This document shows positions 24,462 to 38,869 of a stretch of DNA of 64,000 nucleotides, piece after piece. The first letter of the stretch is position 1. Every line of letters begins with the position of its first letter. A program made the translations under genes and the position numbers. The notes under the pieces are model-generated. The model saw nothing but the letters and a program-made list of their open reading frames with translations. It was not told the origin of the DNA and did no database searches. The stretch covers positions 70,308,001-70,372,000 of the forward strand of contig OX638149.1 of assembly GCA_951804945.1 (NCBI GenBank). The letters run 5' to 3'. Origin of the DNA: Podarcis cretensis (lineage: Eukaryota).

Positions 24462-27400
24462 CCAGGCTTGTGCCCAGGAGAGGTCACTTCAGTGCTGCAA
24501 ACAGCAAAAACAACATGGGAGGCAGCAGTTATGAGTTACCAGTCTCTGCAGCCACAGTAGGCGCTGTGATTCCCCAGCATCCCCAGAGATGCACTCCATC
24601 TCTCAAGACAAGCAGATGTCAACAACATGGCATCCAAAAGAAGTTCATGTCTCCCCCTTCACCCACTTTTAAACAAGCTCTGAGCTCCTGGGATTATTTT
24701 ATTCTGGTGGGCAAGGCTTTTCATGTGGCCACTGATTTTTATTTTTAGTCGGTGGAGATGATGCTGTTTGTTATGCTCCTTTATGCTTATGTTTTAACAG
24801 CTGTTTGCTTAGTTTTATTGTTAGAATTGTTTTCAATATTTGTTGCAAATTATATGCACTTCCAGTGCTGTTTCAAACCTTTCATTTAAAACTTTTCCTC
24901 TGGCTTCAGGGGTGTATGAAAGTGTGATGGGGGGAATCTCATTTTTTTCAGGAAGGGTGGAGAATTAAACAAATTTTCAGGACTGGAGGAACTTAGCAGT
25001 AAAGGTGGGCCCACCATGTTTGATTTCACATTTCTTAATATAAATTTTTCTGGCCTACTGAAACAGATGGAAACAGCAGCTGTCAGTGGTCAGCCAGTCT
25101 GCCATGTCCTCCCATAATGCTACCTTTGAACAACACTACAACATGATGCAGTTGCATGACAGATGCATTATGGGAGAAAAAAGATGGAGGCCCCCACTGG
25201 CCTGCCATTGCAGTCAGAATTATTTCAGTTTTTAAGTGTAAAAGCAGATGCTGCATTCCAGGCTTTACTGATAACATCCTCGCCCCCAAAAAATGTATGC
25301 AGTTTCACATGCCCCTCCATGTCACCAAAGAATGTCACCCCACTTTGGTGGCATGGTGCTGTAAAAGTCAAAGAACATTTTTCACCCAACACTAATATTT
25401 TTATTTATAAGCTACCTGAAGCAGTGTGATCGAGCAAGGGATGGCTGATTAGTTCCCCAATAGTTACTGACAAGGCCAAGAACCAGCACCAAGACTCTAT
25501 AAGCTAAGTGTGGAATTCACCTAATGCACTCCATCAACAGAGGCCATGCACAAGGACTTCCACTGCACAATGAGTCTTTCTTCCATTCTCTCCTCCCACA
25601 GCAGCGTACTTCTTGTTCTACTTACAGGTCAAGAATAATTTGTTTTAAAAGTCTTCTGACTGTTGGTTCACTGAGCCTGCTGCTATTTTGTAGTCCGATC
25701 TTTTTTATTTTTAAAAAAGTTTCATTGACTTAATGCATTTGGATTTAGTTTTACTGTACATCACTTTGCATTGTTCTTTTCTCTTCAGTGCAACATACAA
25801 GTTTAATATATAAACCATACATAGCACTTTGCTAGCAGAAGCAGAAATCACAGCACCACCCAAACAGCTATCTGAAAAGCTGCCACATAATCTCTTAACT
25901 AAATGAGAATTAGCAATTTTTTTTCTTTAACTTTAACCTGTGCATGTGAGAAAGAACATCAGCAGCCCCCAAGGTACAGCCATAATTTTTATTATTATGA
26001 AAGGATTGAATCTCTAAAACCCACGGTTTGAAAAGAATGCATCTAATCCTAAATCATATCCCTTCCATCTTAAGATAAAATGCCTTTCATACTAGGCGAC
26101 TCTTGTATGAAACACATTTTTAAAAAATGTAAGCCTCAAGTACACAATCATTTTTCTTTTAATATCGGATATTAAACACAAATCTTGCAGCTAAGCTGTC
26201 AGAATTTCTGGACACACAGTCAAGGAAACTGGAGCCTAGTCACTGCTTGGGTCATCTATTTCATCTCTACAAGTATAAAACAAGGCACTGCCGCTTGCCA
26301 TGAGATGCATTAATGTCACATCCAAAGTGTTCCAATGTCAAACTATTTTAATATCTCAAGGGTGAGATCTAGCGAAGTCAGGGTTGGGGAACTAGATCCA
26401 GGGGGTGAGCCAGATTCTTCTCTCCACTCCTTCACCCACTGTGTGCCAAATTTGACAGGTAGATGAGAACACCCACTTGTCATAGTCACCTGACATCAAA
26501 ATGACACCAAGCAACCTGTTTTTGCCAGTGCAATTGAATACCAAACTGTGTGGGGAAAAGAACAGCACTGTATAAGCACCAGTGATTGTTTGCTACGTGA
26601 GAGTAAACTCAATCAGAGGAATTTAACATCATGCCCTTCTGATTGTTCCACCAGCGCAAGCTGATTACCCCCCCTCCTCCCCCAATGTTCTGGAGGTTTT
26701 CCTGACCCTTCAGAGCAGACAAGGGGGAGGCACAGCAGTGTGTGAGGGGGACAGCCCCATGGCACTAGTGGGAGCTGCCACACAGGCTCCCACCAGCATG
26801 CTGGGTTAGCTGAACCAAGGCCATGGAAACTGAAGCTACTTAAATCAATTTACTTCAGTGGGCCCATTCCGAGTAAGCTTAAAATTGTCTACCACCCCAG
26901 TTTCTTGGGGAAACAATAATGGTGTTTTATTTGTAATCTAAGTAACCAAGAACAAAGGATTTGATTTCCTCATCACACCCACAAACCCAATGCAGCGCTT
27001 TCTCCTTTGTCCCATTTTCTTGTATATAATAGTATTGTGAAGTCTTGCCACCCTTTCTGATGTCTGACATGAGTAACAGATTATGCATCTCAATAAGGTC
27101 ACGCTACTGATAGAGTAAGACAAGTTACTTTTTTCCCCTCTTTCTTTTCTCTTTCCCCCCTTTTGCTCCTTCTAATTAAAATTCCAGGGTCTGAATAACT
27201 TATCACGCCTAGAGACAGAGATAAATGGATGAATAGATGGAAAGATCCATATACCACAGGCTTGGAATAACACTCCACGCTAGCAGACAAGAGAAGGTGG
27301 AATTAATAACTGTTCTGTGAATGATAACAATTCTAAAATGCCAGTAGTGCTATGCCGCTGTACGCAAGCACTCTCTTTTGTTTGTGCATCTGTGATTCAG

Positions 27401-27907
27401 GAGAGAAAAGTTCGTTTTAAATTCTACTCAAGGAGACATTTTTAAAGTTTGTTCAAAAGAGCTTATGGAATGCTAAACAGTTCATCTTTGTATAGTCAGT
27501 CAAAGTCACTGCAGCATTAGGATGGGGACGCAGATGCACTCTCCAAGCTAATGTGTCTTTTGCACCACTACAAAAAAACAAGGGTTACCTTCCCTTTAAA
27601 ATGAAGGCTGGTGGTTCACTAGGGCAAAAGGGGCACTGCCCCACCAAGCTCAGTCTGCCCTGAGCCAGCCCCACTCCACTTGCCTCCTTACTTGCAACCA
27701 GTCCAGGGTGTAGCATTAGCTGTTATCTTCCTTCTTAGTCTCAGGGTTGCCTTTGTAGAATTCACTAGAGAAGAGCATGGAGACAGAGCCCATTAGTTCC
27801 GCCTGCCATTGGCTACGTACAGCCAGTAGGTGCACTGTTGGCTCCCTTGCTTCCACCCTACAACAAGCCTCCATTGCCTTCTTCTGTTAACTCTGGGCAA
27901 CAGGTAA

Positions 27908-28276
27908 AGTAAAGGTAAAGGTACCCCTGCCCGTACGGGCCAGTCTTGACAGACTCTGGGGTTGTGCGCCCATCTCACTTAAGAGGCCAGGGGCCAGCGC
28001 TGTCCGGAGACACTTCCGGGTCACGTGGCCAGCGTGACATCGCTGCTCTGGCCAGAGCCAGAGCCAGAGCCGCACACGGAAACGCCGTTTACCTTCCCGC
28101 TGGTAAGCGGTCCCTATTTATCTACTTGCACCCGGAGGTGCTTTCGAACTGCTAGGTTGGCAGGCGCTGGGACCGAGCAGCGGGAGCGCACCCCGCGGCA
28201 GGGATTCGAACCGCCGACCTTTCGATCGGCAAGCCCTAGGCGCTGAGGCTTTAACCCACAGCGCCACCTGCGTCCC
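27908..28276 (-). mobile_element. Sauria SINE (young)
   Basis: Nearly identical to 15636-15998, with an internal GCCAGA expansion. 14-bp TSD TGGGCAACAGGTAA (27894-27907 / 28277-28290). Confidence 0.92.
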
Positions 28277-28322
28277 TGGGCAACAGGTAAGAACCTTTTA
28301 TTTGCATAAGGCTACATTTCAG

Positions 28323-28324
<2 letters not shown>

Positions 28325-28357
<33 letters not shown>
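28325..28357. repeat. (CA)n microsatellite
   Basis: Direct reading. Confidence 0.95.
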
Positions 28358-28359
<2 letters not shown>

Positions 28360-29446
28360 GTCAGAATTTCCACCACCACCCCTCAATCTAGGCAACTCAA
28401 AGGCATTGTGCTAGTTTTCTACTCTTACAGCTGTAACAAACTGTGTATTTAAATATGTGGGTTTGTTTCAAATTTTGCTGCAAGCCACTTTGTGGAGGCT
28501 TTCCTCAAAATGCAGGGCAGAAATCCCTTAAATAAATAAATAACCACAGATCATGGACACGTTTCAGCAAGGCAAAAGCACTCAGTGAAGTACATGCCAA
28601 GGCAGCATCTGAGGACCAGAGAATGAGGCCTGGAGAGCTTCATTCTGGCCCCCAACCTGAGGTTCTTCACCACTGTGGAACAAGTTCAGGCGCACTTAAG
28701 CCCGCTGAAATCAATAGGCTTAAGCATACCTCTGTTCACTTGTGTACTTTAATGCTCCCTGACGGCAACCTGAGAAGTACAGAAAGAGCAGAAATACAAG
28801 CTTCCAGCAGAAAGAACATGGTGTGCTTGTTGTTTCTTATGGAACGCATCTCAGCAAATATTTTTTCACTGCAACCAGCCTTCTAACTAAACTGCCTACA
28901 TGCTTCTGTATTTGACTAAGCACTTCCTTATTCCACAAAATAAACACTCATTTAATGGATGTGTGTACTGGAGCATTCCAAGACTTAATGTGGCTTGTGA
29001 GTTCAAGCATGCCTTTGTAGCCTTTTTGCCTGGTGCAAAACTTGTACTTCCAACAACAGGAAAGATCATTGGGGAAAATCACTAGAATTCATTTCCTTCT
29101 TTCTTGTGTCATGCCTTCAAGTTTCATTTTTACCAACTTGCCTGGGCAAGATTCTGATGTAAGAAAACAACATAGTGTTATGAGTTTTGGGGGGATTGGC
29201 TGAATGCCAGGGCCCCCCTTCTAACTCTTGGAATAGCCAGGCTAGCTTCCTCGTGATGTAAGCTCTGTGCGAGATGGCGTGGGTGGCACCCTTCCTTCCA
29301 CTCCCAACTGCATGCACTATCAAACAATATCAAGCAATATCAAAAAGGCAATGCATAATTTAAACAGAATGGCTCATTGAAACCTTTAACCCTTCTGAAA
29401 GGCCTGGGGAAATTAAACCTCCCCATCTTTCCTTGGAAACATTATA

Positions 29447-30031
29447 TAATAATAATAATAATAATAATAATTTTTATTTATACCCCGCCCTCCCCAGCCA
29501 AGGCCGGGCTCAGGGCGGCTAACAAGCAATAATAAAAACAAGTTGAATGATTACAACTTTAAAACAAAATTAAAATACAAGATTAAAATATTGAAACATT
29601 AAAATATTAAAATGTAGCCTCATCGCAGGAGGAGAAAGGAAAAGAAAAAAGAAATAGAGGGAGGGAATCAAATTGGCTCCAAGCCAAAGGCCAGGCAGAA
29701 CAACTCTGTCTTACAGGCCCTGCGGAAAGAAATCAGATCCTGCAGGGCCCTGGTCTCATGAGGCAGAGTGTTCCACCAGGCCGGAGCCAGAGTTGAAAAG
29801 GCCCTGGCTCTGGTTGAAGCCAATCTAACTTCCTTAGGTCCGTGGGACCACTAGGGTGTTGCTATTTATGGACCTTGAGGCTCTCCGTGGGGCATACCGG
29901 GAGAGGCGGTCCCATAGGTACGAGGGTCCTAGGCCGTGAAGGGCTTTAAAGGTCAAAAGCAGCACCTTAAATCTGACCCTGTAGTCCACCGGGAGCCAGT
30001 GCAGCTGGAAAAGCACTGGGTGAATATGCTC
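29447..30031 (-). mobile_element. L2 LINE 3' fragment
   Basis: Minus frame HIHPVLFQLHWLPVDYRVRFKVLLLTFKALHGLGPSYL and a (TTA)n tail. Confidence 0.85.
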
Positions 30032-32769
30032 AATTAAGCATATCTCTTAAATCAATTAAGAGATGCTATTTAAGAGGTCTCTAGAAAGCTATTCATGACT
30101 ATTCCCCCAGCCAAAATCAACAGGAAGCAAAGAAATATAAAACATGTAATCAAAGGAGACAAGAGGGTCTGTAAAGCCTCATCTGCACTTTACCTGTCCA
30201 CACTGGGCACTGCATTTAATTGGGAGGGAATTGCCATGAATCAGGTCTAAGAAAGCATAGAGTGGCATCCAGCTAAATAACTGTACAAGCGGCATGACAT
30301 CTGCTTGTGTAACAGGAATTTTCCTCCCTCTCCTCCACCCGCATGCACTGCTCACCATCCCCACATCTGCTTTGGGAGTTGGGAGAAGCTCTAGCACAGA
30401 ATTGCACCAGTTGAAATCACCCTCTTGCCCAAGTTTACTTATTGTTATTTGGGATTGCCAAGTCCTCACCCACAGATGGTACCTAAATCCTGACATTGTC
30501 TCAGGCACTCAATAAGATTGCAATGCTTACACCTAATGGTGTATCCTTCTATCTACCACCTTGCCTGCTCATCCGTGCCTTCCCCCAAGCCTTCTATAGC
30601 TGGCAAAGGTAGATGAAGGAGGGAGGATCATGTTATATTAAAGTTAAGAACAACCTGGATAGCTCGGTTGGTTAATATATTAACTAAAATTAAAGCTAAC
30701 TCTTAAGTCATTAATGTTCAAACCTGAAGTCGTACCTTTGCTTTAATAAATGGAATTTACTGTATAATAAAAACTGAGCCCATATTGTTGCAAAAATATA
30801 TTTGCTGTTCTTTTTTTCTTGTAAGTTTCATAGAAAACCAATGTTCAGCATGCATAACCATTCTACAAATGGCTCCATTGATTTCATTTTGATTTCCATG
30901 AATCCCTGCAGAAATGCTCTCTGAATAATTTGAACTCTGTTTCATGTCAGACTTTTAAATTATGCTAGCAACATCCGACAGACTGCACAACATGAACCAG
31001 CTTACATCACTCTGGTGCTTGAAGGATGATTGCACTGTGTATATCTTTGCAATCGCTCGGTACAAGACAAAATGTTCTAAACACCAAGCATATTCTTCCG
31101 CAGGATTATCTTTATCCCCAGCTCATTTTCTTCCTCCTCCTACGACCCTTGCAGCCCAAGACATCAATTCTGAAGCTCTGCATTATGCATACACATAAGT
31201 AACATTTAATGGGGAACATCTAAAATTACAGCTTTCCAAATGGCCAATGGGATGTTGCATTCCTCAGGGATGCGGTACTCATTCAGAGAAATTGAGGTCT
31301 CTTCCAATAAGACACCACCAAAGGCAGGTCAGTACTTATGCAGAGGTTCAGCCTTATCAAACTCCAGTCCATGAACTGCTGGTAGTCCACAAGCTCCATG
31401 CTGGTGGTCCACAGAAAGGTTGAGGAGCAGTGAAGAATATCTATACTCAACTCTGCATCTTGATTTCTACTCCCCCTAACGATGGGGATCAGGGCCATTT
31501 GATTATTGGACAGGCTAATAAGGCCCAGGTTAGGGCCCATAATTTTCATAATGCAGCAGATAAAGGGTCTCCTCTCAATGGCATAGCCTGGGGACTGCTT
31601 TTCATTATCAATAGTTTTAACAATGATGATGGTACCAAGTGATTTTATTTTATTTTTTAATGCAAGTTATATATGCTCAGCTCTATAGAACAAAAAAACC
31701 CAACAATTTTTAAAGTAGTCAGCTGAGATTCCCAGCCATTTCCAAGCAGTTTGCGTTTTTTAAAAAGAAAGTTTCAGAAATTCTGGAATAAGTCACTCAA
31801 GACTGAACACAGGGATGCCGAGGGCTGCAGTTAGAAATGTGGCATGCAGGGAATTGATTGGCCAGGTGCCTCTTTCTCTGCCTCTGATGTGCTAGATTTT
31901 TATGGACGGGAAATTTCTTTTCCCTGGGAAGTGCATTTGTGCACCAGACAATAGTTATTCCAAACATATAATGTGTTGAAGTGAACAAAACAAACAACCT
32001 TTTCCCAAACATTCTGTAAATTTATACCCAACAGTAGTTTGAAGGAAAACAGGAATTTTTGCCAATCTTATTTGGTGCAATCTTCACCACTGCAGTCCCC
32101 ACAACCCAGGATGCACTGAATTTTCTGCAGAAAATGATATATTGTAATGAGTCTCGTTTTGCAGGCTACATAGATTATGAAAACTGTGATCATGCAAGCT
32201 ACTCCTCTATAAGACTTTTCACCCTACATTTTACTGTGTGTAATGATGTCTCATTGTGATACTGCTTGAGGTTTTATTTATTTTTTAATGCACTCTGGAA
32301 AAAATCAGTTCGGAGAGTTTTCTGTTTCTCCGTGCACCACAGAATGCACCACTGATCAGCCCATTATGGAAGTAATGTTGCATTTTTATATCAATTAGAA
32401 GAAATAAGGAGAAATGAAAACGTGATTGATTCTTTATTATGGAGAAGAAAACAATTTGCGTTGAAAGCTGCTCAGGGTGTAAGAAGGCATTTTTCATACA
32501 CAAAGGCTACAAAGATTGATCCTTTGAAGCAGGTTAAGACATGGCTGCCTTTTGATACTTGGCATCATTCAAGATGAAGCTCTGAGGGAGAAAAGGCACA
32601 AATCTCTCCACTCAGCTGTCCATTCAGGAAATAGCAGCAAAAATGCTGTGATGCTTGTGGAATATACAGGAATTGTCCTCTACTGACTAGGATTATGCTT
32701 TGGATTGTTTTGACAACCCAATTGAGCCTCTGCTACATTCCTTGTTTTCTCCCTTATCCACCTAAAATA

Positions 32770-33011
32770 CAGAAGTACCTCGTGTTACGTACCATCTCCC
32801 TTATGAATGCTGTGGGTTACGCACTCCACTAACCCAGAAGTAGATGCCTCTTGTTGCGACCTTTGCCGTGGGATGCGAGCGGAAGTCGTACTCTGGCGGT
32901 GCGGCAGCAGTGGGAGGCGCCATTAGAGAAAGTGCACCTCATGTTACAAGCAGTTTCCTGTTACGAACGGACCTCCGGAATGGATTAAGTACGTTACACG
33001 AGGTACCACTG
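32770..33011. mobile_element. pogo/Tigger-like Tc1-mariner MITE
   Basis: TIRs CAGAAGTACCTCGTGTTACGTA / TACGTTACACGAGGTACCACTG with a left TA. Related to 53156-53397. Confidence 0.75.
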
Positions 33012-33119
33012 TGTATATCTTAAGTTTTGTATGACAACAATTACATTATTAAAATTATTATTAAACATTAAGTTACAAGGTTGTATGAAAAGAGTTAACA
33101 GGTTACACACTGGGAAAGG

Positions 33120-33501
33120 TAAAAAGTAAGAAGGTAAAGGACCCCTGGACGTTCAGTCAAAGGTAACTCTGGGGTTGCGGCGCTCATCTCACTTTCAGGC
33201 TGAGGGAGCTGGCGTTTGTCCACAGACAGCTTTCTGGGTCATGTGGCCAGCATGACTAAACCACTTCTGGCACAACAGAACACCGTGATGGAAACCAGAG
33301 TGCACAGAAATGGCGTTTACCTTCCCGTCACAGCTGTACCTATTTATCTACTTGCACTGGTGTGCTTTCGAACTGCTAGGTTGGCAAGGGCTGAGACAGA
33401 GCAACAGGAGCTCACTCCGTTGTGGGGATTTGAACTGCTGACCTTCTGATCAGCAAACCCAAGAGGCTCAGTGGTTTAGACCACAGCGCCACCTGAATCC
33501 C
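33120..33501 (-). mobile_element. Sauria SINE (older subfamily)
   Basis: Diverged but colinear with the other copies. TSD ACACTGGGAAAGG (33107-33119 / 33504-33516). Confidence 0.88.
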
Positions 33502-34058
33502 TTACACTGGGAAAGGAAACAGTTACAGAAGGATGGTCTCATCAGATGAAAATTGTAACTATTAATGTGAAAACTGTGAAGGCCTCCCTCAACACTGATA
33601 TTGCCTCCAAGGGATACAGACTTTTTATTGCATGATTCATATTATAACTATCATTATAAGATTTTCTAAAGATATATTAAGCAAAAGAAATAAAGAATGA
33701 AAAACTCAAAGTAGCCACTAGTTCTGATAGCTGAAGGAAGCCTCCATGTTCAGAGACAGTGCATATCGAAGAACTCAGTGCTGGGAACCAACAAAGAGGA
33801 CCGTTACAACCTGCTTAGGATATCTAGCTAATGGTTGCTGGAGGTAGCTGGTATAGGTGGACCTAGCACAATCCTTAAATCCTCAAATTAAATGAAGAAT
33901 CTGTAGTTCACAATAAAATGCAAAGCTGAAGCTTCCCTAAATCACAGAATATTTATTTCCACAAATATAAATGTTATGTTTCTTCTGGGTACAGGAAAAA
34001 AAGACACCGACCAGCACAGAGAAGTTGGAGCAGCACACCTACCAGCAATGGATTTAGA

Positions 34059-34110
34059 AGGAAGGAAGGAAGGAAGGAAGGAAGGAAGGAAGGAAGGAAG
34101 GAAGGAAGGA
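34059..34110. repeat. (GGAA)n microsatellite
   Basis: Direct reading. Confidence 0.95.
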
Positions 34111-34478
34111 GATACCCTTCTTTGGTAAAGGTTTAGGATTTGGTGCTAGAAAGAGAATGAAGAAAGTGTTTGTGAGTAAAGATTGATGCATCTGTCCATT
34201 TCAGTTTCCTCTCAGATTCTCATTGTCCCAGTCTTAGGTTCAAGTTTGCCACATTTCCATATTAGTTTGTGATTTTAAATAATAATAACAATATTAATAC
34301 GCACAGAAATTCACCATTTTAGTAAGCATTATCCTAACACTCACATGTTATGCAGTCTTGCCCAATATATGCATTCCCTAATATAATGCATTTTTATATG
34401 TTATTTTCACTAATAAAAGTGTTTCTAAGCACACTTTCTCCTAATATACACATTATTTTTGGTTGGATAACTGCATCT

Positions 34479-34642
34479 CATAAGAACTGAAGAAGAGCCT
34501 GCTGGATCAGACCAAAGACCCATCTAGTCCAGCATCCTGTTCTCTCACTGGCCAACCAAATGCCTGTGGGAAGCTCAAAAGCAGAACCTGTGTGCAAATT
34601 ACACTCTGCCCAGCTCCAATTCTTAGCAGCTAGTATTCAGAG
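34479..34642 (-). mobile_element. CR1-type 3' end fragment
   Basis: CATAAGAAC...GCCTGCTGGATCAGACCAAAG...CCATCTAGTCCAGCATCCTG matches the reptile CR1 3' terminus as I recall it. Confidence 0.6.
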
Positions 34643-35975
34643 AAGTGCAAACGCCTGCGTTTTTATTCCTCTTTTGTTTCATGAAATGAAAATTCAGTAA
34701 ATGTGAACTGAACCTTCCCTACTTGTGATGGCAAATGAACTTAAAGTTTGGATATCTGGTCTTAGTTATCCCCTTTGCTACCAATTTTCATCAATACCAA
34801 CTCACATCATACATGTGCACAAGAAGTATTTATTATCTGGAAAAGTCAAGCATTCTGTTTTTATGGAAGACTTCAATTTCTTATCTTCTGCAATGTACAA
34901 AAGATTCTGTCTTGGGGGGTGCGGTTAGTCTCCAGGAAAATAAAATGTTAGCTTATAAATAGCCTATATTAGTTTGCTGCTATGTAATTCAAATATCATA
35001 ATGTAATCTAAGCGCTTTGCACCAAAAATGGGCACAGGGGAATGTTCTACAATAACTGGTCTGTGCCAACTAAGACCTTCAGAAACACTCAGCATTCAAA
35101 AGTGTCTTTTCCATAACTAAACAAATTTAGAATTATCTCCAAGTGTAATCAAAATAGATGTGAGGCTGTATGAAAATTTCAAACTAGATCCAGCCTTTAA
35201 AGAATGAAGCCAGTTCAAAAACAGATTGAGATTAAGTGAAAAGTATGCCACAGTCTTTGACTTGATCAGTAAACGCTGTCAGTAATGATTTCAGGGTGAA
35301 AGCATTGCCGGGATTGACAGCAGATATCAGGATTGAGGATGGGGGGGAGAGGGGAGAGAGACATTACACTTCTTGAATGACAACACTGAAGTACAGTACA
35401 GAAATCCACTGCAAAAGACAAAGCGGGAAAAGTGTGCGAAAGATGACAAAGCGCTATGGGTGGAAACCAATTCCTAAGTGCTTTTTCAGCTTAGAGCTGC
35501 ACAGTGCCCAACCAACCATGGCAGACTCCTCTGTGTAGATTCATCACCTGCTGCCAGAGCATGGGGTTCACACATTCTGCAGCACATACGTGGAGAGGCC
35601 ACAGAATTGCCATCGTGGGGCTGCATGCAGACTATGCGACAACAGAAAAATGCAATCAGACAAAAGAGCTGCATCTGATTTAGGCCTCCACACAGATGAC
35701 CTCAGCTATGTTTAAAAGCTATGCCCTAACTTTGTGCATAACAAGGCAGCACAGGAATGCACTGTTACACTCACATCCACATCTGCACATACGAGAAAAG
35801 TGCTTTACAACCTCCAGATGTTTCATGACATTCCACCAGTTGAAAAGCACTGCTCTACAGTGTCGGCTTGAATTTCTGCCCATGATCATTCCTAAGATTT
35901 CAATATGTGCCCTTGGGCCTTCAAAACATATATATACAGCAATGTTCATCTGAATATGGCATACTTGAAGTTTTA

Positions 35976-36183
35976 GGGCACTATCAAACTAAGTTGCTCC
36001 ATCAACACAAGGGTTTCCATTTGTGCAAAGAAACTCCCACCCCCTTCTCATCCCATGTGTACCCTGTTCCCTCTCCAAATCTGCTCTGGTGTGTTGCATG
36101 GAAACCCAGAACAGATTTAGGAGGCACACATGGGGAAATTCCATAGCACAAGTGTAAATCCTTGCATTAGCTGGATACTGCCC
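35976..36183. mobile_element. PIF/Harbinger-like MITE
   Basis: TIRs GGGCACTATCAAACTAA / TTAGCTGGATACTGCCC, flanked by TTA on both sides. The same right terminus recurs near 40900. Confidence 0.55.
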
Positions 36184-36488
36184 TTAATATGCACTTTTAA
36201 TTATATATTCTATCTTGCGACTTTAGACCATTGGTCTTAGGAAAAAGTAGCTTGCTCACTGTTTCCTGTCATTAGGTCAGATGACCCTGTGATTGACATG
36301 GAATAGCAGCGACCCAGCAGAGAGATTCTGTCTGCTTTCCACTCTGCTGAACTGTTATGCGACCCAGTAGGTAGTTGATTAAAACTATACCCTGGGAGTA
36401 GGGAAAAATAGAATTCATTTTACTCACAACATATTGAGAAAATGTGAAGCCCTTGGGTATCTTGGCCACACGATGAAATGTAAACAAG

Positions 36489-36495
<7 letters not shown>

Positions 36496-36525
<30 letters not shown>
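36496..36525. repeat. (GT)n microsatellite
   Basis: Direct reading. Confidence 0.95.
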
Positions 36526-36527
<2 letters not shown>

Positions 36528-38869
36528 AAAATACGCTCAACTTGCAAACATTTTTCTTATGTATTCTAAACCTGAGTGTTATAGAATGTGAAATGTTCAG
36601 CTAGCAGCTGAGATAAGGTTTTGGGGTGAATTTTTATCTGAATTCATGTGTAGGGAAAGGGAAGACAGCAGACTCTAGAAAGAACCAACGCACAGTGCAT
36701 ATCTTGTATTTCGCTTACTGAGGTTGAACCTATACTCTGCCCTCCAAATTTCTGAGCCTAAAAAAGCTCTGCATTGATGCTTTTTCTTCATAACCATGAG
36801 GACTAGAATCATGTCTTTTAAAACTGACATTAACATTCTCAGAATCCTGCAACAGGCTATTCCAGGACTACCGTATCTGGAGAATCCCCAAGAATCCTCA
36901 AACCAGAAGAGGACAGGCTTCAGGTAAGCATCACGAGGGGGGAAATCTCAGTTGCAGTATGCACACTTACTAGGCAATCTAATTAATAGGCAATGCTTGA
37001 TTTTGTGAGAAACCTTTGATTGCTCAGATCTTTTTTCTTTTTTTTTTTTTTGGACAAGGGCAACCACCCTGTGATGATATAGCAGGTTCACCATAGCATA
37101 GCCAACCTTATCATTCTGCACAGAACTCTGCTTGGAATACAAACACGTTTCATCCATCTTTAGGACTACAATGGCTGCCATTAAGAGCAGGAATGGGAAG
37201 CCGTATTAAAAAAAAGAGAGAATCATGCTGATTTGCCCATAAAATGCTCAGCAGGTTCACCAGTACAGACTGATGTAGCAGGAACCATGAAGTCCCAGTG
37301 GAACTGATTAAATTGGATGTTTGCAGTGTGCCTCGGTGCTCAATAGCTTGCCATGGCAGTTTTATTTCACCTCTCCAGGATGTTGTACAAATATAGGAAG
37401 CCATTTTCAGACTCCTGCATGACCAAAGAATATATATATTATTCTCATAACAGACTCCCCACCACCTGGTAGCAGGTGCGTTAAAGCATAGTTTATCAGG
37501 TATATCAGCTGCCTGACAGATTAATAGGCTTTTAGCATCAGAGGAGGCAGGTCCCGCCAGTGTCAATGAACTCAGGTTTCCATTAGCAACTATAGTAGAG
37601 AGTGCTGCGTCAAATGATAGCTCTGAGGCTGCCAAATGCTTTGCCTTCCTCTCCACCACCATCACCCCGATCCAGTGCTTCAGCAATGAGAAGGACAGAT
37701 GGTCTCTGGATCCTTTTACACAAAATGATGCAAAAACCACACACAAAAAAACCCAGCCCTCAAACAAAACCTAGGAAACTGCTGGATGCTAATATGAACA
37801 CAGTTTAGATGCCCAAACTGCGACAGCATTCATACGGAGACAAAAGATTCCTCCAGAGAAGGTTCCACTGCAGCTGCCTTTATGGTTGTGGAAACACCCT
37901 CCCCTGAGAGACCCTGAGGTTAGGGAAATGACAAAAGTAAAGATAAGGATAAGGTAATATTTACCTGTCCCAAGGAAGGGTGGACAAAGAGAAAAAGTCC
38001 CTCGAGTATCGTCATGAACTGCTGAATCCAGGATTTCTCTCACAGCAAATGAGAAGCAGGTGGCTGGACCACTCAAATGCATGGACACTGATAAGAGGGT
38101 ACTCTCTCATCAAGAGATCATTAGGCTCAGGTGCAGATGGGGTGGCTGTGAAGCCAAGCCTGCTCACCACCCTGGGTTTTAAAAACCTTCACAATCAAGT
38201 TTCAAAAATAGAATATGCTTAATTTGGGTTAACATTAGCTGGTGCTTCTCATGAGGGTCCTGATTGATCTGGGAGGAAAACCGCAAGCTATCTTCACTTT
38301 CTGGAAACAGTTGAAGAGATTTTTATTCTGACAAGCTTTCCCAGCTGGATAATTTGGTCTTTACCATGAGTATCTGCTTGCATTAGACAATGGTAGAGGT
38401 TTGGGGGACTTATTAGGCTTGCACTTACATGGCCAATTATGCAAATAGATCATTTCAGGGAAATTTGCCAGTGCAGCAGCTACTGCCTGTGGAAAGGTTA
38501 TTTGGCAGGAGCCACCAGGGTTTCTCCTGATGGGAGCACACTTAGTTTGAACTACCAAAGTTTCCTCGGGTTCCCTACAATAGTACTACAGCCATTGCTC
38601 AGAGCAAAGCCAAAATAAGCACACTCCCAAAAGAGATACGAGAACCTTCTTAATCATGCAGAAGCTACACCAAGGCTCAACCTATCCATATATAAACCCA
38701 AATGCCACAAAACTCCGTAAGTCTCCAACAATCTCTTCTTCAACAGAAAGCTACCCTTGGCAATACTGCTTACCTTAATCAGTAGTGTGGCGTTGTAGAA
38801 TGGTCTGCTATGGCAGGTGCAACTTTGGATCATTCAGCTTTTAGGAGATATATTACCCCTCTCCTCTGG

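Noticed and set aside
37150-37767. 205-aa minus-strand ORF, the longest outside transposons
   Set aside because: Non-ATG start, no recognisable domain, and composition typical of translated non-coding DNA.
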